Shown here: positions 19,504 through 31,689 of the stretch, piece by piece
Layout of the letters: every line of letters begins with the position of its first letter
Numbering within the stretch: the stretch's first letter is position 1
DNA from: a bacterium
Lineage (GTDB): Bacteria > Sysuimicrobiota > Sysuimicrobiia > Sysuimicrobiales > Sysuimicrobiaceae
NCBI GenBank assembly: GCA_041640435.1
Contig: JBEQAH010000001.1
Span: 1 to 40,301 of the forward strand
Direction of reading: 5' to 3'
Length of the DNA: 40,301 nt
Position numbers and translations under genes: made by a program
The notes under the pieces: model-generated
Seen by the model: only the letters and a program-made list of their open reading frames with translations
Told to the model about the DNA's origin: nothing
Databases searched by the model: none

Positions 19504-20423
19504 CTGGCCCGGGCGGTCCGTTCCGCGGACCGATACGCTTCGACCATGCGCAGGTAGTTGGACCGGACCGACTCTGCCGCCTGGTCCGGAGACCGCTCAC
19601 CCTCCAGGTACCCCTTGACCCCGTCCCACCAGATGGTCCGACCGATGGCAAAGCCGATGTACCCGGGCACGCCCGCAGCCGCCTCCAGCCACCGCACCAC
19701 CGCCCGGTCGTCGGCGCCGCGTCCCAGGACCACGCACGCCACGCGGCTCCGACCCCCCGCCCGCGCCTGCTCGCTCACCCGGATGCAGTCCTCCCTCCGT
19801 TCCAGGCCCTCGATCTTCCACACGTCTGGCTCCACGCCGCTCTGCTGCAGTTCCGCCATGGCGCGCACCATGAGCTCGGGCCGCAGCTCGCGATCGTAGC
19901 GCGCCTCATCCCCCTCCACCTGATGCAGCTGCTGCGGGGTGGGCGGCACCAGCAGCTCGAACAGGAATTTGCGGCCGCGGGCGTGCAGCCAGTCCGACAG
20001 TCTGCGCAGCCGCTCCACCTGGCGCAGGTTGAGCTGACGGTCACCGTCCGGGTTGTACCGCACGAGGACTTTGGCGAAGGTGGGGTCGAAGGCCTCCACG
20101 TGCTCCCCGAAGGCCTCGCCGTACTCGAAGTCGAACTCGGCTTGCCCGCTGCGCTCCACGGGCATGGCCAACACGTAGCCCTCGGCCCGGGCCCGCCGCG
20201 CCACCTCCGCGCCGAACTGCTCGTCCACCAGCACACCCGCCGCTTCCCTCGGCGCACCCGCCTGCACGGCCCGCCGGAACCCTTCGAAGATCACCGCCTT
20301 GGCGTCCCGGATGCGCGCCGCCGCTTCCTCGCTCAGTTCCCCTCGAATCCCTGCCATCTGGAGAAAGGACCCGCGGTGATCGAACGCCAGGATGAACAGC
20401 GGCCTGTCGTACCCCAGCTCCAC
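19500..20423 (-). CDS. DUF2090-like class I aldolase-fold protein (IolC-C-terminal-domain-like)
   Basis: LFILAFDHRGSF...AGVLVDEQFGA...AKVLVRYNPDGD...FLFELLVPPT...PDVWKIEGL...CVVLGRGAD matches my recollection of the DUF2090/LacD-like pattern. The GTG at 20423 has GGGGAGGGAG upstream and lies downstream of the preceding stop at 20437. Confidence 0.55.
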   Translation of the reverse strand: MELGYDRPLFILAFDHRGSFLQMAGIRGELSEEAAARIRDAKAVIFEGFRRAVQAGAPREAAGVLVDEQFGAEVARRARAEGYVLAMPVERSGQAEFDFEYGEAFGEHVEAFDPTFAKVLVRYNPDGDRQLNLRQVERLRRLSDWLHARGRKFLFELLVPPTPQQLHQVEGDEARYDRELRPELMVRAMAELQQSGVEPDVWKIEGLERREDCIRVSEQARAGGRSRVACVVLGRGADDRAVVRWLEAAAGVPGYIGFAIGRTIWWDGVKGYLEGERSPDQAAESVRSNYLRMVEAYRSAERTARAR

Positions 20424-20436
20424 TTCTCCCTCCCCG

Positions 20437-21234
20437 TTACGGTCTTTGCGGCAGATCCTCCTCTTCCACACGGATGCGGCTCGCCCCTTCTACCACCACC
20501 CGCCCCTGCCGGTACCACACCGTGACCCTCTGGGCTTCCAGCACGCTGGACCGCCACCGCATGCGCACCGGGCCCGCAAGCACCGCGCGTCCCCGGGTGA
20601 AGTCGGCCACCGCCGCGCCCGCGACTCCCCGGCCCGCGGGGAATCGGAAGCTTACGGGCCCAGAAAGCTCTGCGGTGTTCGAGGGCAGGTCGAAGTCCGC
20701 ATCCTGGCCCTGCAGCGCTCCTTCGCGGTTCTCGAACCGGGCTGGGGAAGCCACCCGGACTGTCCGCTCGCGGCTGCGGTAGATCATGCGGCTCCCTGTG
20801 ACCTGCAGGTCCGGGGGTACGGCCAGCCGGGGGTTCCCCTCGGCCGTGGCGACACCGGTCCGGGCATCCAGCGTCAGGCGCGAGCTGGACAGCACCCGGC
20901 CCTCAGACACCAGCCGGGGACTGCCGGTGGCCTCAAAGCGCGTGAACTCCAGGGACGGCGTGAAGTGGATGCGCACCACCTGCCCGCGGAGCTCCCCCTC
21001 GGGCCCGCGGGCCTGCACGCCGCCCTCCAGCACCCCCAAGCCGGCGCGCTGCTCCAGGACAAGGGTCGGAGCGGTCACGACGCGCAGGCCGTCGGTGATC
21101 CGGACCCGCCACGCCCGCAGGACCCCGCGCTGGGCGTCCAGGTCCAGGCGCTCGCTGGTGACCACGAAGGAGGCCGCGTGGGCCGCCGCGGTGGCCGCGG
21201 CCACCAGCACCGCGGCCAGCGCCCCACGGGCCAC
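20437..21234 (-). CDS. secreted LptA/OstA-like beta-jellyroll repeat protein
   Basis: The signal peptide is VARGALAAVLVAAATAAAHA/AS. After it comes a repetitive alternating beta-strand pattern (LRVVTAPTLVLEQ..., GQVVRIHFTP..., LQVTGSRMIYRS..., LEAQRVTVWY...) resembling OstA_N/LptA repeats. The ORF fills the gap between the ALDH stop (3 nt away) and the DUF2090 start exactly. Confidence 0.5.
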   Translation of the reverse strand: MARGALAAVLVAAATAAAHAASFVVTSERLDLDAQRGVLRAWRVRITDGLRVVTAPTLVLEQRAGLGVLEGGVQARGPEGELRGQVVRIHFTPSLEFTRFEATGSPRLVSEGRVLSSSRLTLDARTGVATAEGNPRLAVPPDLQVTGSRMIYRSRERTVRVASPARFENREGALQGQDADFDLPSNTAELSGPVSFRFPAGRGVAGAAVADFTRGRAVLAGPVRMRWRSSVLEAQRVTVWYRQGRVVVEGASRIRVEEEDLPQRP

Positions 21235-21237
21235 CCG

Positions 21238-22734
21238 TCACCCGAGGGCGACCGGCTCCACGTCGATCTGCGCCCGTTGGAGCCGGCCGCTGTAGTCGAT
21301 GTACACCGCTTTCCACTCGGTGAACACGTCCAGGACCTGTAAGCCGCCCTCCCGGTGGCCATTCCCTGTGAACTTGGTGCCCCCGAAGGGCAGGTGGACT
21401 TCCGCGCCGATGGTGCCGTGGTTCACGTACACGATCCCCGTCTGGATATCCTCGATGGCCCGCATCGCCCTGTTCACATCCCGGGTGAAGATGGAGGCCG
21501 AAAGGCCGTAGCGGACGCCGTTCACCACCTCCACCGCCTCCTCCAGGCTCTCCACCCGGATGAGGTCGGTCACCGGGCCGAAGATCTCCTCCTGTGCGAT
21601 GCGCATCCCGGGCTGCACGCGGTCGAACACCGTGGGCTGGAAGAAGAATCCCCGTTCCAGGCCGTCCCCCACCGCGCGCTCCCCGCCCACCAGAATCACA
21701 GCCCCCTCTTCGCGTCCAACGTTCACGTACCGCTCCACCCGTTCCAGCTGCGCCTGGCTGACCAGGGGCCCCATGTCCGTCTGCGGGTCCAGCCCGTGCC
21801 CGAGGCGAAGCCGCCTCGCCCGATCCACCAGCACCTCCGCCACGTCCCCGTGCACCTTTGGATGCACCAGCACGCGGCTGCAGGCGGTGCAGCGCTGCCC
21901 CGTGGTCCCAAACGCGCTCCACGTGAGGGCGTCGGCCACCAGGTCGAGGTCGGCATCGTCCAGGACGATGGCCGCGTTCTTCCCGCCCATCTCCAGCGAC
22001 ACGCGTTTGCCGCGGGCCGCACACTTCTCCGCCACCCGCAGCCCCACCTCCGTGGATCCGGTGAAGGAGATGAGCGCCACGTCGGGGTGGTCCACCAGGG
22101 CCGCGCCCGTCTCGTCCCCGCCCAGCACCAGGTTCAGCACCCCCGCTGGCAACCCGGCTTCCTCCAGGACCTCCACGAACTTCACCGCGCAGATGGGCAC
22201 CTCCGGCGCGGGTTTGAACACCACGGTGTTCCCGCACACGAGGGCCGGGATGATCTTCCAGGAGGGGATCGCCAGAGGGAAGTTCCACGGGGTGATGACC
22301 CCGACCACGCCCACCGGTTGACGGATGCAGTAGGCGGCCTTGTTGGGCATCTCGCTGGGCGTGGTGTAGCCGTGGAGGCGGCGGCCCTCGCCCGCGATGA
22401 AGTAGGTCATGTCGATGGCCTCCTGAACGTCCCCGCGGGACTCCAGGAGTACCTTGCCCATCTCCCGGGTCATCAGCCGGGCCAGCTCTTCTTTGCGCCG
22501 CACGAGGATCTCCGCGGCACGGAAGAGGATCTCGGCCCGCCGCGGGGCCGGGACCTTGCGCCAGCGGGGAAAGGCCTCCCTGGCGGCGGCGACCGCGTCG
22601 GCCACGTCCTCGATCCCGGACCGTGCGCAAACTCCGAGCACCTCGCCCGTGGCCGGGTCGATGGACTCAAAGGTGGCGCCGGAGCGGGCGGGCTGCCAGC
22701 GGCCGCCGATGTAGTTCCCGTACGTCTGCGGCAT
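21238..22734 (-). CDS. NAD(P)+-dependent aldehyde dehydrogenase
   Basis: 498 aa. Motifs are VITPWNFPLA, FTGSTEVG, the catalytic Glu in EMGGKN and the catalytic Cys in FGTTGQRCTA. Confidence 0.92.
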   Translation of the reverse strand: MPQTYGNYIGGRWQPARSGATFESIDPATGEVLGVCARSGIEDVADAVAAAREAFPRWRKVPAPRRAEILFRAAEILVRRKEELARLMTREMGKVLLESRGDVQEAIDMTYFIAGEGRRLHGYTTPSEMPNKAAYCIRQPVGVVGVITPWNFPLAIPSWKIIPALVCGNTVVFKPAPEVPICAVKFVEVLEEAGLPAGVLNLVLGGDETGAALVDHPDVALISFTGSTEVGLRVAEKCAARGKRVSLEMGGKNAAIVLDDADLDLVADALTWSAFGTTGQRCTACSRVLVHPKVHGDVAEVLVDRARRLRLGHGLDPQTDMGPLVSQAQLERVERYVNVGREEGAVILVGGERAVGDGLERGFFFQPTVFDRVQPGMRIAQEEIFGPVTDLIRVESLEEAVEVVNGVRYGLSASIFTRDVNRAMRAIEDIQTGIVYVNHGTIGAEVHLPFGGTKFTGNGHREGGLQVLDVFTEWKAVYIDYSGRLQRAQIDVEPVALG

Positions 22735-22756
22735 GCGGGATTCCCCCTTTCGGGTG

Positions 22757-23836
22757 TCAGCTCACCCGCGCGGCCAGCAGGTGCTTCGCCGCCTCCCGGA
22801 AGGCTTGCGCTCCCGCGCTGTCGGGGTGGCGGATCAGGACCGGCTCGCCCGCGTCGCCGGCCTCGCAGATCCGCGGGTCCAGCGGGATCCGGGCCAACAG
22901 TGGCACCCCGAGCCGCTCGGCCAGCTTCTGGCCTCCCCCCTCCCCAAAGACCGCCACGCGGGTGGGCCCGTCCAGGTAGCTCATGTTCTCCACCACGCCG
23001 GCCACGCGGAGGTTCACCTTGTGCGCCATGCGGGCGGCCCGGGCGGCGACTTCCACCGCGGCCTGCTGGGGAGTGGTGACCACCAGGACTTCCGCGCGCG
23101 GGAGCTGCTGCGCCACCGTAATAGCCACGTCCCCCGTTCCGGGTGGCAGGTCGAGGAGCAGAAGGTCCAGCTCACCCCAGTGCACCTCCGTGATGAAGGT
23201 GATGAGGGCCTTGTGCAGCAGGGGACCGCGCCAGATCACCGCCTCGTCCCGGTCCACCAGCATGCCCATGGAGACCGCCCGCACGCCCCACCGCTCCAGG
23301 GGGACGATCATCTGGTCAATCACGGTGGGCCTGCCCTCAAGGCCCAGCAGCCTAGGGATGGAGAAGCCGTACACGTCCGCGTCCAGGACCCCCACCCGGC
23401 TGCCTTCCTGCGCCAGCGCGGCCGCCAGGTTGGCGGTCACCGTGGACTTCCCCACCCCTCCCTTGCCGCTCGCCACCGCCAGCACCCGCACGGGACTCGC
23501 GGGCGTGAGGAATGGCGAAGTGCCCTCACCGCCCCGCAGCTTCGCGATGAGCGCCTGCCGGTCTTCCGGGCTCATCACGCCCAAAGACACCTCCACGGAT
23601 CGCACGCCGGGCAGGCGCGCCACCCGCTCTCGGATGGACTCCACGATGACCTGGCGCAGGGGGCAACCCTGGATGGTCAGTACGGCCTCCACGTGCACGT
23701 GCCCATCCTCCACGCGGACGTCCCGTACCATGTCCAGGTCCACGATGGAGCGGTGCAGCTCGGGGTCCAGAACGTCCCGGAGTGCTTCCAGCACCCGTTC
23801 CCGCGTCACCGATTCGTTCTTGCGCGAAAGCCACAT
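22757..23836 (-). CDS. Fe-S cluster carrier ATPase Mrp/ApbC/NBP35 with N-terminal DUF59 domain
   Basis: From the ATG at 23836 the sequence reads MWLSRKNESVTRERVLEALRDVLDPELHRSIVDLDMV (DUF59). The deviant Walker A is ASGKGGVGKST. The 779-aa track ORF upstream of this Met is Arg/Gly/Pro-rich and overlaps the GH13 gene. Confidence 0.9.
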   Translation of the reverse strand: MWLSRKNESVTRERVLEALRDVLDPELHRSIVDLDMVRDVRVEDGHVHVEAVLTIQGCPLRQVIVESIRERVARLPGVRSVEVSLGVMSPEDRQALIAKLRGGEGTSPFLTPASPVRVLAVASGKGGVGKSTVTANLAAALAQEGSRVGVLDADVYGFSIPRLLGLEGRPTVIDQMIVPLERWGVRAVSMGMLVDRDEAVIWRGPLLHKALITFITEVHWGELDLLLLDLPPGTGDVAITVAQQLPRAEVLVVTTPQQAAVEVAARAARMAHKVNLRVAGVVENMSYLDGPTRVAVFGEGGGQKLAERLGVPLLARIPLDPRICEAGDAGEPVLIRHPDSAGAQAFREAAKHLLAARVS

Positions 23837-23856
23837 ATCCCGCCTCCCGTCCCTTC

Positions 23857-25488
23857 TCATCCTACCACCTGCACGCCCCGGGCCCCTCCCGGGTCCACCA
23901 CCACGCCCTCGAACGGGCGCAACGCCACGCCTTGCTCGCGGCCCTCCCGATCCATGTGGGTGGACAGCAATATCCGACCCCGCACGTCGGTCCGGACGGG
24001 GGAACCCTGGAAGTTCAGCAGGACCACAACCCGGTCCGCCTCCTGTGCCCGTTCGTACGCCAGCACCCCGTCGGGTGCCCGCTGCGCGCGGTAGCTGCCC
24101 TGGGTCAGGGCGGGCCGCTCGCGTCTCAGGCGCAGGGCCGCCCGCACGAAGTTCAACATGGAGCGGCCATCCTGACGTTGGCTTGCCACATTTCGCTCCC
24201 GGGCGTCGGGGTGGAGGGGGAGCCAGGGGCTTTGCGTGGTGAAGCCCCCGTTGGGTCCGGCGTCCCACGCCATGGGCGTGCGCGCCGCATCCCGCGTCCA
24301 CCGCCCGCCCCACTCCCTCAAGCCCGCCAGGTCCTGGACGCGATCGGGGGGGATGGCGCCGTCCGGGATGCCCAACTCGTCGCCGTAGTACAGGGTCGGC
24401 GTTCCCCGCAGGGTCAGCAGCAACAGGTGCGCAAGCCGCGCCCGCTCGGACCCCAGGCGCGTGCTCACCCGTGGCCGGTCGTGGTTCCCCAGCACCCAGC
24501 TCGGCCACGCCCACGACGGGAGGGTGGCTTCGTACGCGGCCACGAGATTTCCCAGCGCGCCCGCCTGCCACGCCTCCGCAGGGAGTTCCACCAGCGCCGG
24601 GTTGAGGGCGAAGTGGCACTCGGGAGCCGTCTCCGCGCCGTAGTAGCGAACCCACCGGGGAAGCGGCAGGTACACCTCCCCGATCAACACGCGTTCCTCC
24701 CCGGGGGCGCTGTACGCGTCCAGCAGCGACCGCAGGCGGCGGAGGAGGTCGTGCGTCTCCGGCTGGTCCTCCGTGTACACGTGCACGAGCCGGTCCCGCT
24801 CCCGCATGCCGGGCCTCCAGTCCGGGTTGGGCGGCTCGTCCAAAAACCGCGAGTCCTCCACCAGCACCCAGGCCGCGTCCACCCGGAAGCCGTCTGCGCC
24901 CCGCTCCAGCCAGAAGCGCGCGACCTCCAGAAGGGCTTCGACCACTTCGGGGTTTCGGTAGTTCAGGTCCGGCTGCTGGGGCAGGAACTGGTGGAGGTAG
25001 TACTGGCCCGTGGGCGGGTCGAACGTCCACGCGGGCCCGCCGAAGAAGCTGAGCCAGTTGTTGGGCGGGCCTCCCCCGGGCCGCGGGTCGCGCCACACGT
25101 ACCAGTCGCGCTTGGGACTGGTGCAGCCGGAGCGGGACTCCAAGAACCAGGGGTGCTCGCTTGACGTGTGGTTCGCCACCAGATCCACCACCACCCGCAG
25201 GCCGCGGCGGTGGGCCTCTGCCGTCAGCCGGTCGAAGTCCGCCAGGGTTCCAAGCCGGGGGTCCACGGCGCAGTAGTCGGTGACGTCGTAACCACCGTCA
25301 AACCCGGACGACGGGTAGAACGGAGTGAGCCAGAGGGCGCCCACGCCGAGGTCCTTCAGGTAGTCCAAGCGCTGCGCCACGCCCGGCAGGTCGCCGATGC
25401 CGTCGCCGTTGGAGTCCTGGAAAGAGCGCGGGTACACCTCGTAGAAGGCTTCCCGCGCCCACCACGGGATGGCGCGGGATCTCCTCAC
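23857..25488 (-). CDS. GH13 alpha-glucosidase / oligo-1,6-glucosidase-like enzyme
   Basis: GH13 regions are [10 protein letters not shown] (I), DGFRVDAA (II), IGEVY (III) and LGNHDRPR (IV). The N-terminus is [19 protein letters not shown]. The GTG at 25488 forms a GTGA overlap with the glgX stop. Confidence 0.88.
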   Translation of the reverse strand: MRRSRAIPWWAREAFYEVYPRSFQDSNGDGIGDLPGVAQRLDYLKDLGVGALWLTPFYPSSGFDGGYDVTDYCAVDPRLGTLADFDRLTAEAHRRGLRVVVDLVANHTSSEHPWFLESRSGCTSPKRDWYVWRDPRPGGGPPNNWLSFFGGPAWTFDPPTGQYYLHQFLPQQPDLNYRNPEVVEALLEVARFWLERGADGFRVDAAWVLVEDSRFLDEPPNPDWRPGMRERDRLVHVYTEDQPETHDLLRRLRSLLDAYSAPGEERVLIGEVYLPLPRWVRYYGAETAPECHFALNPALVELPAEAWQAGALGNLVAAYEATLPSWAWPSWVLGNHDRPRVSTRLGSERARLAHLLLLTLRGTPTLYYGDELGIPDGAIPPDRVQDLAGLREWGGRWTRDAARTPMAWDAGPNGGFTTQSPWLPLHPDARERNVASQRQDGRSMLNFVRAALRLRRERPALTQGSYRAQRAPDGVLAYERAQEADRVVVLLNFQGSPVRTDVRGRILLSTHMDREGREQGVALRPFEGVVVDPGGARGVQVVG

Positions 25489-27601
25489 GGCGCCGGGGAA
25501 CCCACCGCGCGCCAGACGGCCACGACACCGCGCGGGGCAATCCAGCCACTCCCGGCAGGCAGGCGCACGGAGCGCCGCCGCACGTCGCCGGTGGACCACA
25601 CCAGCTCCCAAGCCCACGCATCGGGGGCCGGGGGGAGGACGAAGCGGACGCCGCGACCGCTGTTGAACATCAGCAGGAAGGAGTCATCCCGCACGGGCCG
25701 GCCCCGCTCGTCGCGCTCGAAGAACGCGGCCCCGCACAGCACCATCCCGAGCGCGTGCAGCGCGGGGTCCTGCCAGTCCTGCGGAGTCATCTCCCGGCCG
25801 GAGGGGTGGACCCAGGTCACGTCGCGGCACCGTCCTGCGTCCTGACCCCGCAGGAAGGTGCGGCGCCGGAAGTTGGGGTGGGCGCGCCGGAACGCCACCA
25901 TCTCCCGCACGAACTGCAGGAATTGCCGCTGCTCCGGATTCAGGTCCCAGTGGTACCAGGATAGCTCGCTGTCGTGACAGTAGGCGTTGTTGTTCCCCCG
26001 CTGGGTTCTGGACAGCTCGTCCCCCCCGAGCAGCATAGGCACCCCCTGGGACAGCAGCAGGGTTGCCACGAAAGCCCGCTTTAGGGCCTCCCGCCTGCGG
26101 CGCACCGCGGGGTCGTCGGTGGGTCCTTCCACGCCGCAGTTGGTGCTGTAATTCTCGTCGGTGCCGTCCCGGTTGTCCTCCCCGTTGGCCTCGTTGTGCT
26201 TGCGCTCGTAGCTCACCAGGTCCTGCAGGGTAAAGCCGTCGTGGGATGTGACGAAGTTCACCGAAGCGAAGGGCCGGCGGCCCGAGCGCTCGTACAGGTC
26301 CGCGCTGCCGCTCAAACGCGTGGCGAACTCCCCCAGCGTCCCGGGATCCCCCCGCCAGTACCGGCGGACTGCGTCCCGGTACCGGCCGTTCCACTCGGCC
26401 CACTGCCAGGGAAAGTTGCCGATCTGGTAACCTCCCGGCCCCACGTCCCAGGGCTCCGCGATGAGTTTGACGCGGGAGAGGACTGGATCCTGCTGGATGA
26501 CCTTGAAGAAGGCGCTCAGCATGTCCACGTCGTAGAGCTCCCGGGCCAGCGCCGCGGCCAGGTCGAACCGGAAGCCGTCCACGTGCATCTCCACCACCCA
26601 GTACCGCAGGCTGTCCATGACGAGCTGCAGCACGTAGGGGTTCCCCGGGTCCAGGGTGTTCCCCGTCCCCGTGTAGTCCATGTAGTAGCGGGGGTTGTCG
26701 GGGTGCAGCTTGTAGTAGCTGGCGTTGTCGATGCCCCGGAAGCTCAGGGTGGGGCCCAGGTGGTTCCCCTCCCCCGTGTGGTTGTACACCACGTCCACGA
26801 TCACCTCGAGCCCCGCCTTGTGCAGAGCCCGCACCATGGTCTTGAACTCCCGCACCGCAGCCAGCGGCCCCCCTGCGGCGTAATCGGGCTCGGGAGCGAA
26901 GTACGCCAGCGGGTTGTAGCCCCAGTAGTTGGTCAGCCCGGCCTCCACCAGCCGCCGGTCGTCCACGTGGGCGTGGACGGGCAGCAGTTGCACCGCGGTG
27001 ACACCCAGCGACCGCAGGTGGTCCACCACGGGCTCGGACGCAAGCCCCAGGTACGTCCCACGCAGCGGTGCAGGGACCTCCGGGTGAAGCTTCGAGATCC
27101 CCTTCACGTGGGTCTCGTAGATCACGGTCTCTTCCCAGGGAACCCGCGGAGGTCGGTCGTCCCCCCACTCAAAGGCATCCTCCACCACCACACCCAGGGG
27201 TGCCACCGGCGCGCTGTCCCGGTCGTCCCGGGAAAGATCCCCAGCGGGGTCGCCCACCCGGTAGCCGAACAGGCTGTCGTCCCACCGGAGCCGGCGCCCC
27301 AGCGCCCTGGCGTATGGGTCCAAGAGCAGCTTCCTGGGGTTGAAACGGTGGCCGCGCTCCGGCTCGTAGGGGCCGTGGACTCGGTAGCCGTAGAGCTGGC
27401 CTGGCCCCACACCGGGGAGGTAGCCGTGCCACACCGGCCCCGTGCGTTCCGTGAGCTCCACGGTGCGCACGGGCTGCGGGTCGTCGGCGCTCTCGAACAG
27501 ACAGAGCTCCACACCCTGCCCGTGCTCGCTGTACAGGGCGAAGTTGGTCCCAAGCCCGTCCCACGAGGCGCCCAGGGGGTAGGGCCGGCCGCGCCACACC
27601 G

Positions 27602-27605
<4 letters not shown>
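25485..27605 (-). CDS. glgX: glycogen debranching enzyme
   Basis: [29 protein letters not shown] is the typical GlgX N-terminus. GH13 regions are [27 protein letters not shown] and [10 protein letters not shown]. The start forms an ATGA overlap with the glgB stop. Confidence 0.92.
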
Positions 27606-29469
<1,864 letters not shown>

Positions 29470-29473
<4 letters not shown>

Positions 29474-31356
29474 GCCCCGGCCCTCCTGGCCCTGTTCAGC
29501 TCCTGGAGCAACTCGCGCACCTCCTGCGAACGCATCCATTCCTCCAGAGGGTAGCGCATCCGCCGGCGCCAGCCGGCGTGCGCATGGGAGGGAGTGCCGG
29601 GCAGGTGGTGCCGTTCGGTCTCCCCCCACAGGTCTTCCACACTGGCCAGGACGCAAGCGGCGGAGCTTCGCCCCAGCCACCGCAACAACGCCCGCAGGGC
29701 TCCAGGGGAATCTTCCGGTTCCACGCCAAGCCAGCGGGCCAGAGATCGGACCTGCGACGCCCGCAACTGCCTTTCGGCGCGTGCCGCGTCGGCGGCCACA
29801 GCTCCCAACTTCTCCCGCTCCGCGATGTCCAGCCCCTGCCAGAAGCCCGCAAAAGTGGGCGTGTCGTGGGTGCCCAGAGAGGCCACGGTGTTAGGGGCTG
29901 GCTCGCGGGGGCCCGGTTCCCGCAGCTCAAACATCAACACGTACATGCGCCACAGCCGCCTGCGGTCCAACTCTCGCCTGACCTCGTTGGGTACCGTGCC
30001 GAGATCCTCGCCCACCAGCACCGCTCCCGCGCGGGCGGCCTCCAGCATCACCGCGGCGTACAGCTCCTCTGCCGGGTAGCGCACGTACACCCCCTCCGCC
30101 GCCGAAAAGCCCCGCGGGATCCAGTACAGCCGGTGCAGGGCCATGACGTGGTCAAGCCGCAACATCTTCGCCACCGTGAAGGCACGGACCAGACACGCCC
30201 GCAGGTACGCGTAACCGTCCCGCCGCGCCCGGTGCGGGTGCAGGGGAGCAAACCCCCAGTCCTGGCCCCGGGCGGAGAATGGGTCTGGCGGCGCTCCGAC
30301 CGACACGCCTTCCGCGAACAGCCCGCGGAACCGCCACGCATCGAACCCATCCGGGTGCACCCCCAACGGCAGGTCCAGGTACACCCACACGCCCTCAGAG
30401 GCGACCTGCTGCAGTTGCCGCGCCGCAAGCCACTGCGCGTACACGTACAGCCCCCGCGCGTCCGGGTGAACCGAGCCTTCGGGCGCAAAGCCCGCGTGGT
30501 ACGGCTGGGGCCACTGCCGCCAGGGTCGGCCCTGCTGGTCCAGCAGGGCGCGGAAGGCGGCGTAGTCCGCCAGCCACGGTTGCTTTGCGGCCCAAGCCTC
30601 CACCTGGCGGCGCTCGCCGTCCGGGCAGGTTCGCCACAGCTCCCCGAGACGCTTGCGGCGTTGGCGAAAGAGCTCGCGGTAGTCCAGGGGACCTGCGGAG
30701 GGTAGCGTCTCCCCTGGCGTGTGCACCAGAAGCTCGTTCCAGAACAGGCGCGTTGCGGGCAGGTATGGGCTTGGCTCGCACGGTTCGTCCAGCAGCCCTG
30801 CGTACAGGGGGAGGGTGCCGAGCACACCACCCTCGTGCTCGCGCACCCAGGCCGCCACGCGGCGCAGCAGTTCGAAGCTCGGGCCTCCCTCCTGCCCCGA
30901 CCACAGCGCATGAGCCGACACCCACACTCCCCAGCTCGGAGCCGCGAGAGCCGGTAGCCGACGCGGCGCGGACAGGACCACGCTCTCCCACCGGCGCCGT
31001 GCGGCCGCGATCTGTAGGCGGTGCGCCCCGAGCGGCAGCACCTGGGGGATGGCTAGCGTCACCTGACCCTCCCCGGCCGCCACCGGCGCCACGCGCCACC
31101 CGAGCTCCAGCCCGTCCTCGAGGAGCACGCTGCACGCCACCCGGTCCGGAAGGCCCCGCAGGCGCAGCTGAACCCGCAACCGTCCATCCCAGGCCACCAG
31201 CACCGGCTCCAGCGGGGGCGGAGGTGCATGCGGGTCGGAGTCCAGCGCCTGCTGCACGGCGTGCACCGCCTCGGCGGGCGGGCGGCGCAGGTGGCCGGTC
31301 ACATCCCAGTAGGCCCGTTGAATGCCGAGGGCCTTCCGCCTCCCCTTCCGGTGCAC
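29470..31356 (-). CDS. malQ: 4-alpha-glucanotransferase (amylomaltase, GH77), long form with N-terminal domain
   Basis: GH77 motifs are [57 protein letters not shown] and LGTHDTPT. The N-terminal [12 protein letters not shown] resembles the long (E. coli-type) MalQ. Confidence 0.9.
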
Positions 31357-31362
31357 TTCAGC

Positions 31363-31590
31363 TCACCCCAGCAGGGTGGACACGAGGGCGAGGTGATCCG
31401 CGAGATCCCGGAGGATCAGGAAGTTCTGGCGCACGTGTTCGCGGGCGTTCTCGCCCATTTGCCGCGCCAGGTCCGGGTTGTTCAGCAGGTACCGAATCCG
31501 GAACGCCAGGCCCTCCACCGAGTTCACGGTGTACCCCGTAACTCCATAGACGATCCGACGATGACAACGGCCCGGAACCCCGCCGACACC
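31363..31590 (-). pseudogene. C-terminal remnant of a GT4/GT1-family glycosyltransferase (TreT- or glycogen-synthase-like tail)
   Basis: The track ORF 31363..31656 ends ...GVGGVP..RRIVYGVTGYTVNSVEGLAFRIRYLLNNPDLARQMGENAREHVRQNFLILRDLADHL. This is the characteristic last ~65 aa of group-1 glycosyltransferases. No catalytic N-terminal or central part is present in any frame upstream, and the preceding residues (MRCQAVLFCADCKDSCSV) look non-homologous. Confidence 0.45.
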
Positions 31591-31689
31591 AGCTGTTCCG
31601 TCCACGCTACAAGAGTCCTTACAATCTGCGCAGAACAACACCGCCTGGCACCGCACAAGGTCCCGGTCTGCGTGGATTCCCTTACGTCT

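Noticed and set aside
23837-25096. The N-terminal 420 aa of the 779-aa ORF that contains Mrp/ApbC.
   Set aside because: This part is Arg/Gly/Pro-rich and overlaps the GH13 gene on the same strand in another frame. The Mrp homology (DUF59 plus Walker A) begins at the Met at 23836.
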